Notes under the pieces: generated by a model
Told to the model about the DNA's origin: nothing
Seen by the model: the letters and a program-made list of their open reading frames with translations, nothing else
Database searches by the model: none
Part shown: positions 38,741-49,678 of the stretch, in pieces
Layout of the letters: each line of letters begins with the position of its first letter
Position numbering within the stretch: position 1 is the first letter of the stretch
Position numbers and translations under genes: made by a program
Assembly (NCBI GenBank): GCA_963758295.1
Contig: CAVWUU010000001.1
Location: forward strand, 64,001 to 128,000
Length of the DNA stretch: 64,000 nt
Source of the DNA: Candidatus Eremiobacteria bacterium
GTDB lineage: Bacteria; Vulcanimicrobiota; Vulcanimicrobiia; Vulcanimicrobiales; Vulcanimicrobiaceae
Direction of reading: 5' to 3'

Positions 38741-40484
38741 GTGCTTGCACGCTCGCTGATGGTTGCCGCATGCCTTGCATGCGCCGTTGCCGTCTCCCCC
38801 GCGCATGCGCAAGAAACTCCGGCTCCATCGGCAACGCCGTTCGCCGAGCCGGTAATTACCACGCCGCCGGCGCCGGCCGCTGTCTCCGTCGCCCGAGACG
38901 CAAGTGCCCTCACCGGGTCAGTCGCCGCTGCCGGGTGAAACGCCGGTGCCCGGCGGGAGTTCATCGCCCGGCGTAACGCCTTCGCCGGCCGGCCCGTCGC
39001 CCAGTCTTACGCCTTCGCCGACGCCGCCGCCGATCACGGCGAATCCGCAAAACGCGCAAGTGCCGGTCGGTACACGCAAACCGTCACCCTGAACGGCATC
39101 TTCGGCACCTTTAGCGCGGTGGCGCAGAATCCGCAATTCGCGGACGTTAGCGCGAATCAAGACGCGCGCACGATCTCGATAACGGGCAAAGCTCCGGGCT
39201 CAACGGGCATTGCTATCACCGACGCTCGCGGGATAACGGGCCTCGTCGGCGTGCGCGTCGCTTACAACGCCGCCGTCTTGCCTCAGTTCCTCACGGTGCG
39301 CATTACCGGCGACCCGGCGAACGCCGACTTCCTCCGGCAAACCGTCGCGCGAACGATCGTAAACGCTACGCAGCTGCAAAAAGGTGCGCAGCTCGTCGTA
39401 TCGACCGACGACGTGCCGGTTCACGGAAGCCTGCGCCAGGATAACACGCTGGTCTTCGACGTTCCGGTCCTCGCGCAAGGCGAACAGTTCTTCAGCGTGC
39501 AGGGCAACACGCGCGTGCAACTCGAGAACGTCGCCGCGCCGCGCATTTCACCCGACTCGCTGATGGGTCAGCGACTATCCCGAACGGCTCACGCAGAACG
39601 GCACGTTGTTCACGGCGGACCTCCACCGCAACACGCCCTCGCGCTTTCTGTACTTCCACTACAACCCGCCCGGCGAACCGGATCGGCGCATCGTGCTTGA
39701 TCGCCGAGAACCGCTCGAGCGAACCGGCAACGGTGCAGTTCATTAGCGGACGAGGCGGCCCGTCGAACAACGAAATGGGCGTTGGCCACGACGCTACTCG
39801 CGATTTCCTCGTATCGCGTCGTGCAGAATCAGGGCCGTTTGATACGATTCCCGGATCCTCGACGATGCCGATCGCGATGCAAGACATACCGCGCGGACTC
39901 GATCGTCGCGAACCTGTTGCAGCTGCGCGTGCTCTCCGGCGGAGACATCCACTTGACACTCGTCGCGCAGAACGCCGGCGACGATCCGGCCAGCGCGCTG
40001 ACCACCGGCGCATTGCTTATGAGCACCGTCCGACACGCGCGCGGCATCTACGACATTCCCGAGTTCCACTACGCCACGCAATGGAACGTGAACGACTCAG
40101 TATTTGGAATTGCCGATCGGGCAAATTCCGCTGCCGAACCGCATCAAGGGCGAAGCGCTCGCCGGCGACTACGGCGTGTTGCAATCGTTTGTCGTGAACG
40201 TGCAGAACCCGCTGACTCGTCCGCAAGCGATCGCGATCTACGAGAATCCGCGCGGCGGCCGGTCGACCGGGCACGTACTCATCGACGGCGTGCTGATCCA
40301 ATCGCACCAAGTGCCGCCGTTCTCGCGGTACAAAATCCGGCAGTACGTCATTCCGGCAAAAGGCTTCGTTCGCATCACGATCGTGACGATGCCCGAAGCC
40401 GGATCGAGTTATCCGCTCAAGCTTATTTTCGCGCCGGACGACGGCTCGGTTGCACCGGGCGCGCCGGGATCGCCCGTGTACTGA
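38741..40484 (+). pseudogene. Secreted Pro-rich protein broken by multiple frameshifts
   Basis: Consecutive fragments 38741-38938, 38904-39092, 39119-39700, 39697-, 39782- and 40104-40484 join into one signal-peptide protein; family not firmly recognised. Confidence 0.6.
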
Positions 40485-40525
40485 TGCTGGATCATGCCAG
40501 GACCAAACGGTAGAATAGGGTTCTT

Positions 40526-40981
40526 ATGAGCGACGATCTGAACCGCTCGATAGAGTTGCATACCTGCCGGCAGCACCATGTGGTAATCCGGTTCATCGCA
40601 AACGACATCCCCGTGCGCCAGCCATTCGATGCAAACGAAGCGCGCATGCTGTTGTGGCGCCTGAAGACCGTTCTCACGCGACACCTAGCGCTCGAAGATG
40701 AAGAACTCTACCCGGCGCTAAGAATGGCGCAGAACGAGACGATTAGCACACTTGCCGAGCAATATCAAAACGGCATGGGCCACTTGCGGGACGAGTTCTT
40801 GAAGTTGTGCACACGTTGGGACGACGCCGCAAGAATCGCAGCTTTTCCGCAAGAGTTTCTGCACGACTGGCTGGCTATTCGCGAAGCGCTGCTACACCGC
40901 ATGAATGCGGAAGACGACACCCTATATAAAGAAGCGCAAGTGCACTTCGACGACCGCCTGCGCAATCGCAACGCCGGCTAG
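40526..40981 (+). CDS. Hemerythrin/HHE domain protein
   Basis: RQHH, RHLALEDEELYP, RMNAEDDTLY. Confidence 0.8.
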   Translation: MSDDLNRSIELHTCRQHHVVIRFIANDIPVRQPFDANEARMLLWRLKTVLTRHLALEDEELYPALRMAQNETISTLAEQYQNGMGHLRDEFLKLCTRWDDAARIAAFPQEFLHDWLAIREALLHRMNAEDDTLYKEAQVHFDDRLRNRNAG

Positions 40982-41511
40982 ACGCTGCTGATTTCAACCG
41001 CATCGCCGGCCCAACGCGCGCGGATGATTCCGTTTTCCGGATGCGGATCGGCAAGCGCATCAAGGGCAAGGGGAAGGCCGATCGAATCGCCCGCGACCGG
41101 CGTGCTCTTCCAAAGTTGAAGGCGCAACAGCGACAGATGCTTCCCGGTTGTCCCGAGATAGTTGTGCTCGCCGTATTCCAGGAAGGGCAATAGCACGGGC
41201 TGCTCGCCGATCGCGCTCGAGGCTGCGCGGCCCCATACGTGCTCTTTGCCGGCGACAATGCCGTCGGAAAAGCGAAATTGCAGCGCTTCTACTTGCACTC
41301 GTTCCGGCGCGCCTGCCGGTTCACCGTCGTTCGTCCACGTCAGCCATCCCAAATCCTCGACGTGTACGCGATATTGAATGCCGCTGCCGATGCCGTCGAT
41401 TCGCACGGCCGTTATCACGGCACCGCTTCCGGCCGGCGCCCCGTCATAAACCGCCGGTTGCCATTCGCCGCCTCGCAGTTCGACCTGATAGCCGACGGAA
41501 TTGGGTTTCAT
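40978..41511 (-). CDS. ChW (clostridial hydrophobic W) repeat-like protein
   Basis: IQYRVHVEDLGWLTWTNDGEPAG...VEALQF and GTTGKHL; ATGA overlap with the GT4 gene. Confidence 0.6.
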   Translation of the reverse strand: MKPNSVGYQVELRGGEWQPAVYDGAPAGSGAVITAVRIDGIGSGIQYRVHVEDLGWLTWTNDGEPAGAPERVQVEALQFRFSDGIVAGKEHVWGRAASSAIGEQPVLLPFLEYGEHNYLGTTGKHLSLLRLQLWKSTPVAGDSIGLPLALDALADPHPENGIIRARWAGDAVEISSV

Positions 41512-42521
41512 AGTTCGTACGTCGCGACCATGTCGGCTGCGCTGTTCGTCCACGCGAATCGGTCGATTGCGCGCGAACGGGCCGCAGCCGCCGAATCGTC
41601 TTCGTTGCCGCGAAGCGCTGATTCGAGCGCCGCAGCCCATCCACCAACGTTTTCGAGCGGTTCGACGCGCGCGATGTCGCCTGCAATTTCGGGAAGCGAC
41701 GCGCGATCGGAAACCACGCACGGCGTTCCCGCGCACAGTGCCTGTGCGGCCGCGTAGCCGAAGCCTTCGTACTGCGACGGTACCGCAACGACGCCGCACG
41801 TCCGATAGAGCCCAAGCAGATCTTGGCGATCGACGTAGCCGAGGAATTGCAGGCGATCAGCGACCCCGAACTCTTGCGCTAACGCGAGACATTCGTCTTG
41901 ATACGGCGTGTACGGGCCGACGGAAATCACACGCGCATCGGGAAGCGCCGGCAACGCACGAATAACGGTTTCGAGGTTCTTTCGCCGTTCCACGGTTCCA
42001 ACCACGAGAATCGTCCGGCCGTCGCCGCCGTTACGTTGCAGCCCGAAAAAATCGGTTGAAACGCCGGGATAGACCACGCGCACGCGCGATGCGTCGAGCT
42101 GCGGCACCACCGCGAGCAACTCGCGGCGCGAAAATTCGGAATCGACCGCAATCGCCCGGACGTTGCGATAGCGGTCGATCGAAAATTTTCCGAAATAGTA
42201 GCGCGCGTACGGCCGCACGTGCGCCTGCACGCGAAGCCACGCAACGTCGTGCACCGTCGCTACGACCGGCAGCGAAGCAGTAAGCGGAATCGTGCCCGAC
42301 GCACAGTGCAAGAGGTCGGCGCCGGATTGACGCGCGCGTTGCGGCAGCAAAACTTGATCCCAGTAAACGCGGCGATCGAAGCGCCACGGATCGAGATTCG
42401 GTTCGCTTAACGTGAGGACTTCGATGCCGCGTGCTTCGAGCGCATCGATCAGGCCGCGCACGTACTCACCGATGCCCGTGGCGGTGCCGACGGCGAGTTG
42501 CGCGTCGATAGCAACTTTCAC
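41508..42521 (-). CDS. Glycosyltransferase family 4
   Basis: TGIGEY, TVHDV, VGTVERRKN, PSQYEGFG, SLPEIAGD. Confidence 0.9.
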   Translation of the reverse strand: MKVAIDAQLAVGTATGIGEYVRGLIDALEARGIEVLTLSEPNLDPWRFDRRVYWDQVLLPQRARQSGADLLHCASGTIPLTASLPVVATVHDVAWLRVQAHVRPYARYYFGKFSIDRYRNVRAIAVDSEFSRRELLAVVPQLDASRVRVVYPGVSTDFFGLQRNGGDGRTILVVGTVERRKNLETVIRALPALPDARVISVGPYTPYQDECLALAQEFGVADRLQFLGYVDRQDLLGLYRTCGVVAVPSQYEGFGYAAAQALCAGTPCVVSDRASLPEIAGDIARVEPLENVGGWAAALESALRGNEDDSAAAARSRAIDRFAWTNSAADMVATYEL

Positions 42522-43381
42522 CGATGCGCCTGCAGTTCGCGCCGCAACTCATGAACGAGCGCGGACGACGGATCCGCTGCCGCAGCCCGTGCAAGCTTCT
42601 GCTGCGCGGCGCCTCGATCGTCACGGGCTTGGAAGTCCACGATGCCCATACCCGCGAGCGCGTCGGCGTTCCCGGGACTCACGTCGAGCGCGCGGCGGTA
42701 CCATGCGTCGGCTTCCGTCCATCGCTTCAGCGTTACGGCTTCGTTGGCCGCGCCAAGCACGTTGGTTAAATCTAACGGCGCCAATTGCGCCGCCTTCGCG
42801 TAATCCCGATAGGCAACGCTCTGCCAAGCCGGGGCGTTCATTTGCGCCGCAATCGTTCCGAGCGTCCACCATCCGCGCGCAACCGCATCCGGATGCGTCT
42901 GCAGGCTCTCCAAGCGCGCGATGAAACGCTCTTCGAGCGCATATGCTTGCTGCGGATCGCTTCGGCGCAAACGCTGAATCAAAGCTTGAACGCCCGCGAT
43001 ATCGGGAGCCGCAAATGCGTACTCGAATGCGAGCGTCGAATTTCCGCGTGCGGCCGCGACGCGTTCGAGCAACCCATCACGCGCCGGACCCGCGGGCATG
43101 CGGACCGCATAGCGTTCTGCGCGATCCGCGTCGCCCGCTTTCAAGGCAGCCTGCGCAAGCGTGCTTTCTACGTAAGCCGCAGGCGCCGCGCGATCGAGCA
43201 ACTCGTACACGCGCATGCCGAACGCGCTTGGAATCCACGTAGGGAATGCGCCATAAGCCGCTGCTTCGGAGTAAAGAGCATCGGATGCTAATTGAATGGC
43301 GCCGAACGCGCAAAGCACGAGCGCGAGCGCCGTAAAGGCGATCGCTCGGACAGGCCGACCGCTGCTTTCCGTCGTCATCAT
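42518..43381 (-). CDS. Membrane-anchored TPR protein
   Basis: N-terminal TM; TPR-like YRRALDVSPGNADALAGMG. Confidence 0.7.
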   Translation of the reverse strand: MMTTESSGRPVRAIAFTALALVLCAFGAIQLASDALYSEAAAYGAFPTWIPSAFGMRVYELLDRAAPAAYVESTLAQAALKAGDADRAERYAVRMPAGPARDGLLERVAAARGNSTLAFEYAFAAPDIAGVQALIQRLRRSDPQQAYALEERFIARLESLQTHPDAVARGWWTLGTIAAQMNAPAWQSVAYRDYAKAAQLAPLDLTNVLGAANEAVTLKRWTEADAWYRRALDVSPGNADALAGMGIVDFQARDDRGAAQQKLARAAAADPSSALVHELRRELQAHR

Positions 43382-43405
43382 GGAAGAATCAGAACAGGCG
43401 CGTTG

Positions 43406-44572
43406 CTAAAACTTGACCGTAAAATTGAGGTTCGCGTTGGTTTGCGTGAATGTAACCGGCGTCAGGTTGTCCTGATATCGATACTGCTTCGCCGAGAGCG
43501 AAACGCTCGCCGCATGCGGGAGCTGGAACGTCACTTTGCCGCCGTACACGTTATTAGTGGCATCGAGATTCGATAATCCCGGGGATCCATAACCGCCTTG
43601 CAAATGCTGCGTTTCAGCTTGCAAGTTCACCGTCACGTTGCGCGCCACCGGCACGCCCAGGCCCGCGGCCAAGCTGTGCTTGCTGACGTCGGCATACGCC
43701 GGCACGAGCACCGGAATGTTGTTCGATCCCATTTGCACCGTCGAGGTGGAGTCGAAGCTCGACGAGTTGAGTTCGGGATCGGTTACGGTTAGATGCTCGA
43801 ATCCGCTCGAGACGTCGATGTCGAATTTCTGCGAACCGACGCGGGTGTTGAACGTCGCACCGGTGTTTACGGCGTTGTCGTGCAACGCCAGCCCCGGGAC
43901 GTCGGCTTGCGCGCCTTCGACGTGCGGTTGCAAATGGACGTGGCCAACGCGAACGGGTACGGTTACGCCGGCCTGCGTTTGCGGCAACGACGTTGCGGGA
44001 TCCGGTCCGGACGAACCGGCGGTAAATGCTTCTTGAGGATTGAGCGTCGGGCTGAACGTGAGAAGTCCGGACCTTGTTCCCCCGCCGTTGCCTAGGTCGA
44101 AACGGAAGGATGCCGGCCCCGAGGTCGGTGCCGGAGCCGCATCGCGATAGAGCCCGATGACGGGGGCGGCGTCGGCGGTTAACCCGTCACTCATCGACGG
44201 CGTTGCAATCGCGGGCACGCGGTAGTTCGAAGGCCGAATCGCCGCTATGCCGCCAAGCCGTACCGACTCAAAGAGGTTTGCCGAAAGCAACGGCAGCGCA
44301 ATTTGCGGAATTAAAATCTGCGCGGTGCCCTTTCCCGCCGGCACTGACGCGACTCGCAAGGCGTAGTCGCGAAAGAACGATCCGCTCGTATTGTCGGCGA
44401 CGAAATCGGACTCGCGTGCAGCGCTTTCACCGAACACGCGCTGGAAGAGCTGCGCGCTGAAATCATTGTCGAGCGGAAAAAGTTGCGTGGGTTGGAACGC
44501 GGCGAGCGCAATAACCGGATGAAGCACTGCAACTAGTGCCGGTACGACGATAACGCTCAGCCAGCGAGGCAT
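43406..44572 (-). CDS. Putative outer-membrane beta-barrel protein
   Basis: GGAGG RBS, signal peptide, alternating beta-strands, C-terminal NLNFTVKF. Confidence 0.6.
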   Translation of the reverse strand: MPRWLSVIVVPALVAVLHPVIALAAFQPTQLFPLDNDFSAQLFQRVFGESAARESDFVADNTSGSFFRDYALRVASVPAGKGTAQILIPQIALPLLSANLFESVRLGGIAAIRPSNYRVPAIATPSMSDGLTADAAPVIGLYRDAAPAPTSGPASFRFDLGNGGGTRSGLLTFSPTLNPQEAFTAGSSGPDPATSLPQTQAGVTVPVRVGHVHLQPHVEGAQADVPGLALHDNAVNTGATFNTRVGSQKFDIDVSSGFEHLTVTDPELNSSSFDSTSTVQMGSNNIPVLVPAYADVSKHSLAAGLGVPVARNVTVNLQAETQHLQGGYGSPGLSNLDATNNVYGGKVTFQLPHAASVSLSAKQYRYQDNLTPVTFTQTNANLNFTVKF

Positions 44573-44652
44573 GCTTCCTCCGGACCCGCAGAAGGCCGCC
44601 CTTCTTTTATCCACGGGCTATTATTATCGTCTAAATGGGGCGGACGTTTCAG

Positions 44653-45069
44653 TTATACCAGATTTGGCCGCTCGCCTTCGTCGGCCAGGTAGCGACGGGC
44701 GATAAGGACTGCCGCGTAATCGTCGATTGGTCTAGGCGGCACTTGCATCCCGAGCGGGATCAGTTTTCGCCATCCTCTCGGCGGATGGTCGGCAAAGTAC
44801 AGGGCCCGCGCCCTTAGGGTAGTTTCCCGCTCGTCTACCGGATGAACCGGCACGCCGATGGCCGCCAGGACGGTCCCGATGCGGGCGGCGTTCGTACCCG
44901 TCCCGAGCGCGACGGCTTCTATTTCGTGCGTGGCACCGATCTCGGCGAGCCGTGCCGGCAGCCGCTGGATGTCCTCGATACCCATGATCAACACGTCGCC
45001 GGCCCCGTCCACGAGCGCGTAGCCCGCTTTGCGCGTGCCGGGGTCGACACCTAGAATAACGCGGCTCAT
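44653..45069 (-). CDS. YqgF/RuvX-like RNase H-fold nuclease
   Basis: ILGVDPG, VDERETT, DDYAAVLI. Confidence 0.8.
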   Translation of the reverse strand: MSRVILGVDPGTRKAGYALVDGAGDVLIMGIEDIQRLPARLAEIGATHEIEAVALGTGTNAARIGTVLAAIGVPVHPVDERETTLRARALYFADHPPRGWRKLIPLGMQVPPRPIDDYAAVLIARRYLADEGERPNLV

Positions 45070-46007
45070 CGCACCGGTGTGAGCGTGATTACGACCGGAA
45101 CCCCGCCCGTGTGCGGGTAGACATCCTCAGACGCATAGGCGGTCATCACATAGCTGCCGGCCTTCGCCAGCATCTTTTGCATCGTTTGGGCGTTCGGCAA
45201 CAGGCCTTGTCCCTGAACGTTGCTCGCCAGTACCGGCGGCAGGCCCGCGGCGGACCGGGCCGCGTTTACGATGAGCGGCTGAAGCTCGTTGAGGGCGATA
45301 ACCGGATTTGCGTTCGTCCCGCCCGGGATACGAAGCTGCGCGATGATCTGGCCCTTCACGATACGCCGCGTATCGGGCACGAGCGACAACGCGAAATGAA
45401 TTTCATCGTGTTCGTAGAGATTCTGATCCGAGCTCACGAGCATGATGACGGGACTCTGAATCAGCACGGCCGTGACGTCCGGCTTGCTGTACGTGTCGCT
45501 AAGCAGTTTGTCGATGTTTTGCGGCGGCGTAAACGGGCGCAGCCCGTACGCCGGATAGGTGCTGTTGATGTAGCGCACCGATTCTTCGTAGAACGACTTG
45601 ATGCGCTTGAGCCGGTCGTCCACCGGATCGGCCTGCGGCAGCGATCGGTAGAACGGCACCATCAACTTATCAACCGGAAAGACCAGCTTGCCGTTATTCA
45701 CTTTGCTTTCGAGCGCGTGTTCCCGCGACGTCAGCTCGGCGATCTGCGCGTTGATTTGGTTGAGCTTGAAGAACGCCGTCTTTACTTCTTGCGATGCCAG
45801 AATGGCGATCATCGTTACGATGAACGCGATGAGCATGCCGGTTCCAACGGCGACGATCGTCGACGTATAGCGGGGGCGGATCCCAAAGAGCGTTAGACGC
45901 TTGCGGCCGACTTGATGGCCGACGCGATCCCCGACATACGCGATCGCGCCCGCGACGATCATGATGAAGAGCACCGTCAATGCGCCGCGGATGAAGTCGA
46001 CGATCAT
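45066..46007 (-). CDS. DUF3084 domain protein
   Basis: IAYVGDRVGHQVGRKRLTLFGIRPRYT. Confidence 0.85.
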   Translation of the reverse strand: MIVDFIRGALTVLFIMIVAGAIAYVGDRVGHQVGRKRLTLFGIRPRYTSTIVAVGTGMLIAFIVTMIAILASQEVKTAFFKLNQINAQIAELTSREHALESKVNNGKLVFPVDKLMVPFYRSLPQADPVDDRLKRIKSFYEESVRYINSTYPAYGLRPFTPPQNIDKLLSDTYSKPDVTAVLIQSPVIMLVSSDQNLYEHDEIHFALSLVPDTRRIVKGQIIAQLRIPGGTNANPVIALNELQPLIVNAARSAAGLPPVLASNVQGQGLLPNAQTMQKMLAKAGSYVMTAYASEDVYPHTGGVPVVITLTPVR

Positions 46008-46011
46008 GCCG

Positions 46012-47169
46012 CTATACCAGGGCTGCGCGGCGTAGCCGCACGGCTCCGATGATGGTGAAAATTACGTTGGGCATCCATGCCATGATCGGCGCGAGCGGCA
46101 GAAAGGCCTGACCGACGTACGAAAAGATCGTCATCACGATGTAGTACACGAACACGATCGCGACCGCCAAACCGAATCCAAGACTCGTGCTGCCTCCTCC
46201 GCGCGACGCGCGAATGCCGAACGGCACCGCGATAAGCGTGAACACGAAACAGGCGAACGGACGCGCTAACTTTTCTTGGTAAGTCGTCACGTACCGGCGC
46301 AACTCCGACTGCGAAAGCTGGCCCGATTTCACGACGTCCGCGATCTCGGCCCGGCTCATCGACTCGGGATCGTTATTGCTCAAGCGCTTCACGATATCGG
46401 TTGGCTTCTCGCCGAGTGCGACCTCCTGCTTCGGCACATGCGGCTCGGTCACGATCGTGCCGTCCGGATTGAACCGGTAGAGGCTGACGTTTTCCAACGC
46501 CCACTTATCGGCCGCAAAGTCGGCGCGATCGGCGAAGATCACCTGCGTGGGCTGATTGTTTCGATCGTATTGCACCAGCGTCACGTGCAGCAGCGCTTGC
46601 GAATGCGGCTCGTACGCCGTGGCGAGCGTGATCTGCCGGCCACCGCCCGGCAACGGCGCCGAGACGGTCAAGTCATGACTGAACGCGCTCGTGTGCGAAA
46701 TCGCGACATTTTCGATCTCGGTAACCTGGTCCGCCGCATAAGGCGCAACGAATTCACCGAGGATGAACGTGACGATCGACATGGCGATGCCCGCCCACAG
46801 CAACGGCGCCATGATGCGCGTGAACGTAATGCCGCCGGCCTTCATCGCGGTGAGTTCGCTCTCGCCCGAAAGACGTTGAATGGCGAGGAGCGTACCGAGT
46901 AACAATGCCATCGGAATGACCAGGACGACTTCGCTGGGCAGGCCCCAGAGAAAGACTTCGATCGCCGCCCAAAGCGGCGCATGCTCCGTTGAGACGAGCC
47001 GGCCGATGGCGAGCAGCTGCGTAGCTGCAAAGATCAACGTGAACGCCGAAAGCCCAAAGCCGAACGGCCCGAGGAGTTCGGCGATCATGTACCGGTCCAA
47101 AATCGTGGGCCGGATGCGCCGTGGCAGATAACGCCACCACGGCTTCGACATGTCTACAGTCGCCGCCAC
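46012..47169 (-). CDS. LptF/LptG family LPS export permease
   Basis: ILDRYMIAE, LSGESELTAMKAGGI, AWMPN. Confidence 0.9.
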   Translation of the reverse strand: MAATVDMSKPWWRYLPRRIRPTILDRYMIAELLGPFGFGLSAFTLIFAATQLLAIGRLVSTEHAPLWAAIEVFLWGLPSEVVLVIPMALLLGTLLAIQRLSGESELTAMKAGGITFTRIMAPLLWAGIAMSIVTFILGEFVAPYAADQVTEIENVAISHTSAFSHDLTVSAPLPGGGRQITLATAYEPHSQALLHVTLVQYDRNNQPTQVIFADRADFAADKWALENVSLYRFNPDGTIVTEPHVPKQEVALGEKPTDIVKRLSNNDPESMSRAEIADVVKSGQLSQSELRRYVTTYQEKLARPFACFVFTLIAVPFGIRASRGGGSTSLGFGLAVAIVFVYYIVMTIFSYVGQAFLPLAPIMAWMPNVIFTIIGAVRLRRAALV

Positions 47170-47931
47170 TAGAGCCGGAAGCCTTCGCCTAAATAGAACT
47201 GCCGTGCGATCGGTGAATCCAGGACTTCTTGCGCGGTACCGGAGACTTCGATGCGCCCGTTATTCATGATGTACGCGCGATCGACGATGGCCAGCGTTTC
47301 GCGCACTTGGTGATCCGTGATGAGCACGCCCAAGCCGCGATCGCGCAGTTGCCGGATCATCGCTTGAATGTCCGCCACGGCAATCGGGTCGATGCCGGTA
47401 AACGGTTCGTCAAGTAACAAAAACGCCGGCTCGGTAGCGATCGCGCGAGCGATCTCGACGCGGCGGCGTTCGCCGCCGGAAAGGCTGTCGCCGTGAGCGT
47501 CGACGAAGCGACGCAAACCGAATTCTTCCAACAACACCGGAAGACGGCGCTCTTGCTCGGCGCGCGGCACGCCGTTCTGCTCCCAGATGAGCCGGATGTT
47601 GTCGCCGACGGAGAGTTTGCGGAAAATCGAATTTTCTTGCGCGAGATAGCCGATGCCGTTGCGCGCGCGTTCGTACATTGGGCGGCCCGACGAGATTGAT
47701 TTCGCGTTCGCCGTTATCGAGAACGACCGTGCCGCCGTCGGGCTTCACGAGCCCAACGACAATGTAAAACGTCGTCGTCTTGCCGGCGCCGTTGGGACCA
47801 AGAAGGCCGACAACCTCGCCGGTATTGACCTCGGCGCTCACTCCGTTCACCACGGCGCGCTCGCCGTAGTTCTTCACGAGTCCTCGAAGTTTGATCGAGT
47901 GTAAATGTTGTGCTGTTGCCGTGGCGTTCAT
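47169..47931 (-). CDS. lptB: LPS export ABC ATPase LptB (apparent 1-bp frameshift near 47690)
   Basis: [15 protein letters not shown] in one frame; [37 protein letters not shown] and YLGEGFRL in the next. Confidence 0.92.
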
Positions 47932-48467
47932 TGCATCTGCGTGTGGGTGAGCGTGATGTCGGAGTCCACGCGGTTTCCCGTCGCATGGAAGCCGTTATTT
48001 TCCGTGATAACGACGTGGCCGTCCCCGTGGAACATCTCCGTCGTACGATCGTAATGAAGAGTATCGCACTGGAGCGTCATTCCCGTGGCATTATGTGCCG
48101 TAACGTTCCCCTGCAGCTCCACGATGTTGGTACTTTGGTCGACGATTGCTCGTTGCGAGTCCGCGATCAGTTTCGAGCCGTCTTTTCCGTAGAACGTTAC
48201 ATGGGGATTCATGAAGGTGGCCTTCGCCGTTCCGGGCGCGCCCTTGCTGCTAAACGAACGCGCGTCGATCTCGTATTGTTTCGCATTCCCTTTTTGACCC
48301 AGAAAGCGAACGGGCTGCTTCGCCGTGCCGCTGCCGGTGATGTTCAACGCAAGCGGCGCCGACGAGCTCGGGCTTTGCGAGGGCTTTGGGGCGGCGGTTT
48401 TAGGGGCTTGCGGATTGCATGCGGAAAGCGCGGCCGCTGCCGCAAGGGCCGTCCAACGTTTATTCAT
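47928..48467 (-). CDS. lptC: LptC-like LPS export periplasmic lipoprotein
   Basis: Lipobox LSAC; beta-jellyroll pattern ELQGNV...TLQCDTLHY; directly upstream of lptB. Confidence 0.75.
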   Translation of the reverse strand: MNKRWTALAAAAALSACNPQAPKTAAPKPSQSPSSSAPLALNITGSGTAKQPVRFLGQKGNAKQYEIDARSFSSKGAPGTAKATFMNPHVTFYGKDGSKLIADSQRAIVDQSTNIVELQGNVTAHNATGMTLQCDTLHYDRTTEMFHGDGHVVITENNGFHATGNRVDSDITLTHTQMQ

Positions 48468-49678
48468 GCATCCACCGTTCCGGCACGCGCCGTGGCAAGT
48501 GCCAACGCCAGCGTGGGAAACCACAATCCGAAAATTACGACGCTCACAGTATCGATCAGCCCTTGCACGAGCGTTCCCACAAGTCCCGCCGCCACCGCAA
48601 GAGCCAGCAGCGCGGCCTCATCGCTTGCTATCGCAAGACGCCGCCGAAGTTCCACAGCAAAGGCCCAGAACGTCCACACGATCGGCGCAACGCCGACGAT
48701 GCCCAGCTCGGCCAGAAACGTAAGGTAGACGCTGTGCGCGTGAAAGGCCGTTGCGTCTCCGTCCGGCAGCCGCAACAGCGCGTACAATCGCGAAAATCCG
48801 AACGGTCCAACGCCGGTAAGCGGAAACCGGTCGATCGCGGCGACCGCCGTTTGCCAAATGGAAAGACGCGTGTAATTCTCGCTCGGATCGTGGTGGGCGT
48901 TGAAGAGCAGCAATACCGCAAGGAGCGCCGCACCCACGATCGCGGCTCCGAGCCCGATCCCGATGTGCTTTTGACGTGACCGCACGGCGACGAAAAACGC
49001 GATCGCGCTGGCCAATCCGATCCAACCGGTCCGCGAGAACGTCATGATTATCGTAACAACGGCAATGGCGGCCGCTGCGCCCGCCGCTGTGCGAAGCGCT
49101 CGCGTCCGCGCTACGCGCGACAACGCATACGCTATCGGAATGAAGACGATCAAATAACCGGCCAGTTCACCCGGAAGAATGAAAGTGCCGATTGCCCGAC
49201 CGTGACCGATGGTGTATTGAGCGGCGGGATGGCGCGTGACGACCATCACGATCGCGAGCACACATGCCGCGGCGCCCGAGACGATATACGCCCAGAAGAT
49301 CGCGCGCGCAACGCCGCGATCCTCGTAAAAGCGCATCACCGAACAGTACCACGCTAATCCCAAAAATAAAATGCCGACGAAGATGGCTCCGTCACGTGGA
49401 TTGAATCCGGCGAGCACCGCCAGCACGCCGCCGCCGAGCCAAAAAAGCAACGGCTTCCCGAGCGCAATTGGGACACGCGGCAGCGCCAACATCGTGGCTC
49501 CCGCAATCAGCGCGAGCAGCACCATTAGGCCGAGAATCGCGAGCGCAACCGGAACCGGGAGCAGCGATACACCGGGAAAGTCCACGCTCGTAAACGTGAT
49601 AAAGATTGGAAACAGCGGAAGGCACGCATAAACGACGGCGAACATCGCCGGCATATTGCGCCGGACGAGCGCGGTCAT
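48464..49678 (-). CDS. O-antigen ligase (WaaL/Wzy_C) family protein
   Basis: TFSRTGW, R..IW, PLTGVG, HAHSVYL...ELGIVG. Confidence 0.88.
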   Translation of the reverse strand: MTALVRRNMPAMFAVVYACLPLFPIFITFTSVDFPGVSLLPVPVALAILGLMVLLALIAGATMLALPRVPIALGKPLLFWLGGGVLAVLAGFNPRDGAIFVGILFLGLAWYCSVMRFYEDRGVARAIFWAYIVSGAAACVLAIVMVVTRHPAAQYTIGHGRAIGTFILPGELAGYLIVFIPIAYALSRVARTRALRTAAGAAAAIAVVTIIMTFSRTGWIGLASAIAFFVAVRSRQKHIGIGLGAAIVGAALLAVLLLFNAHHDPSENYTRLSIWQTAVAAIDRFPLTGVGPFGFSRLYALLRLPDGDATAFHAHSVYLTFLAELGIVGVAPIVWTFWAFAVELRRRLAIASDEAALLALAVAAGLVGTLVQGLIDTVSVVIFGLWFPTLALALATARAGTVDA

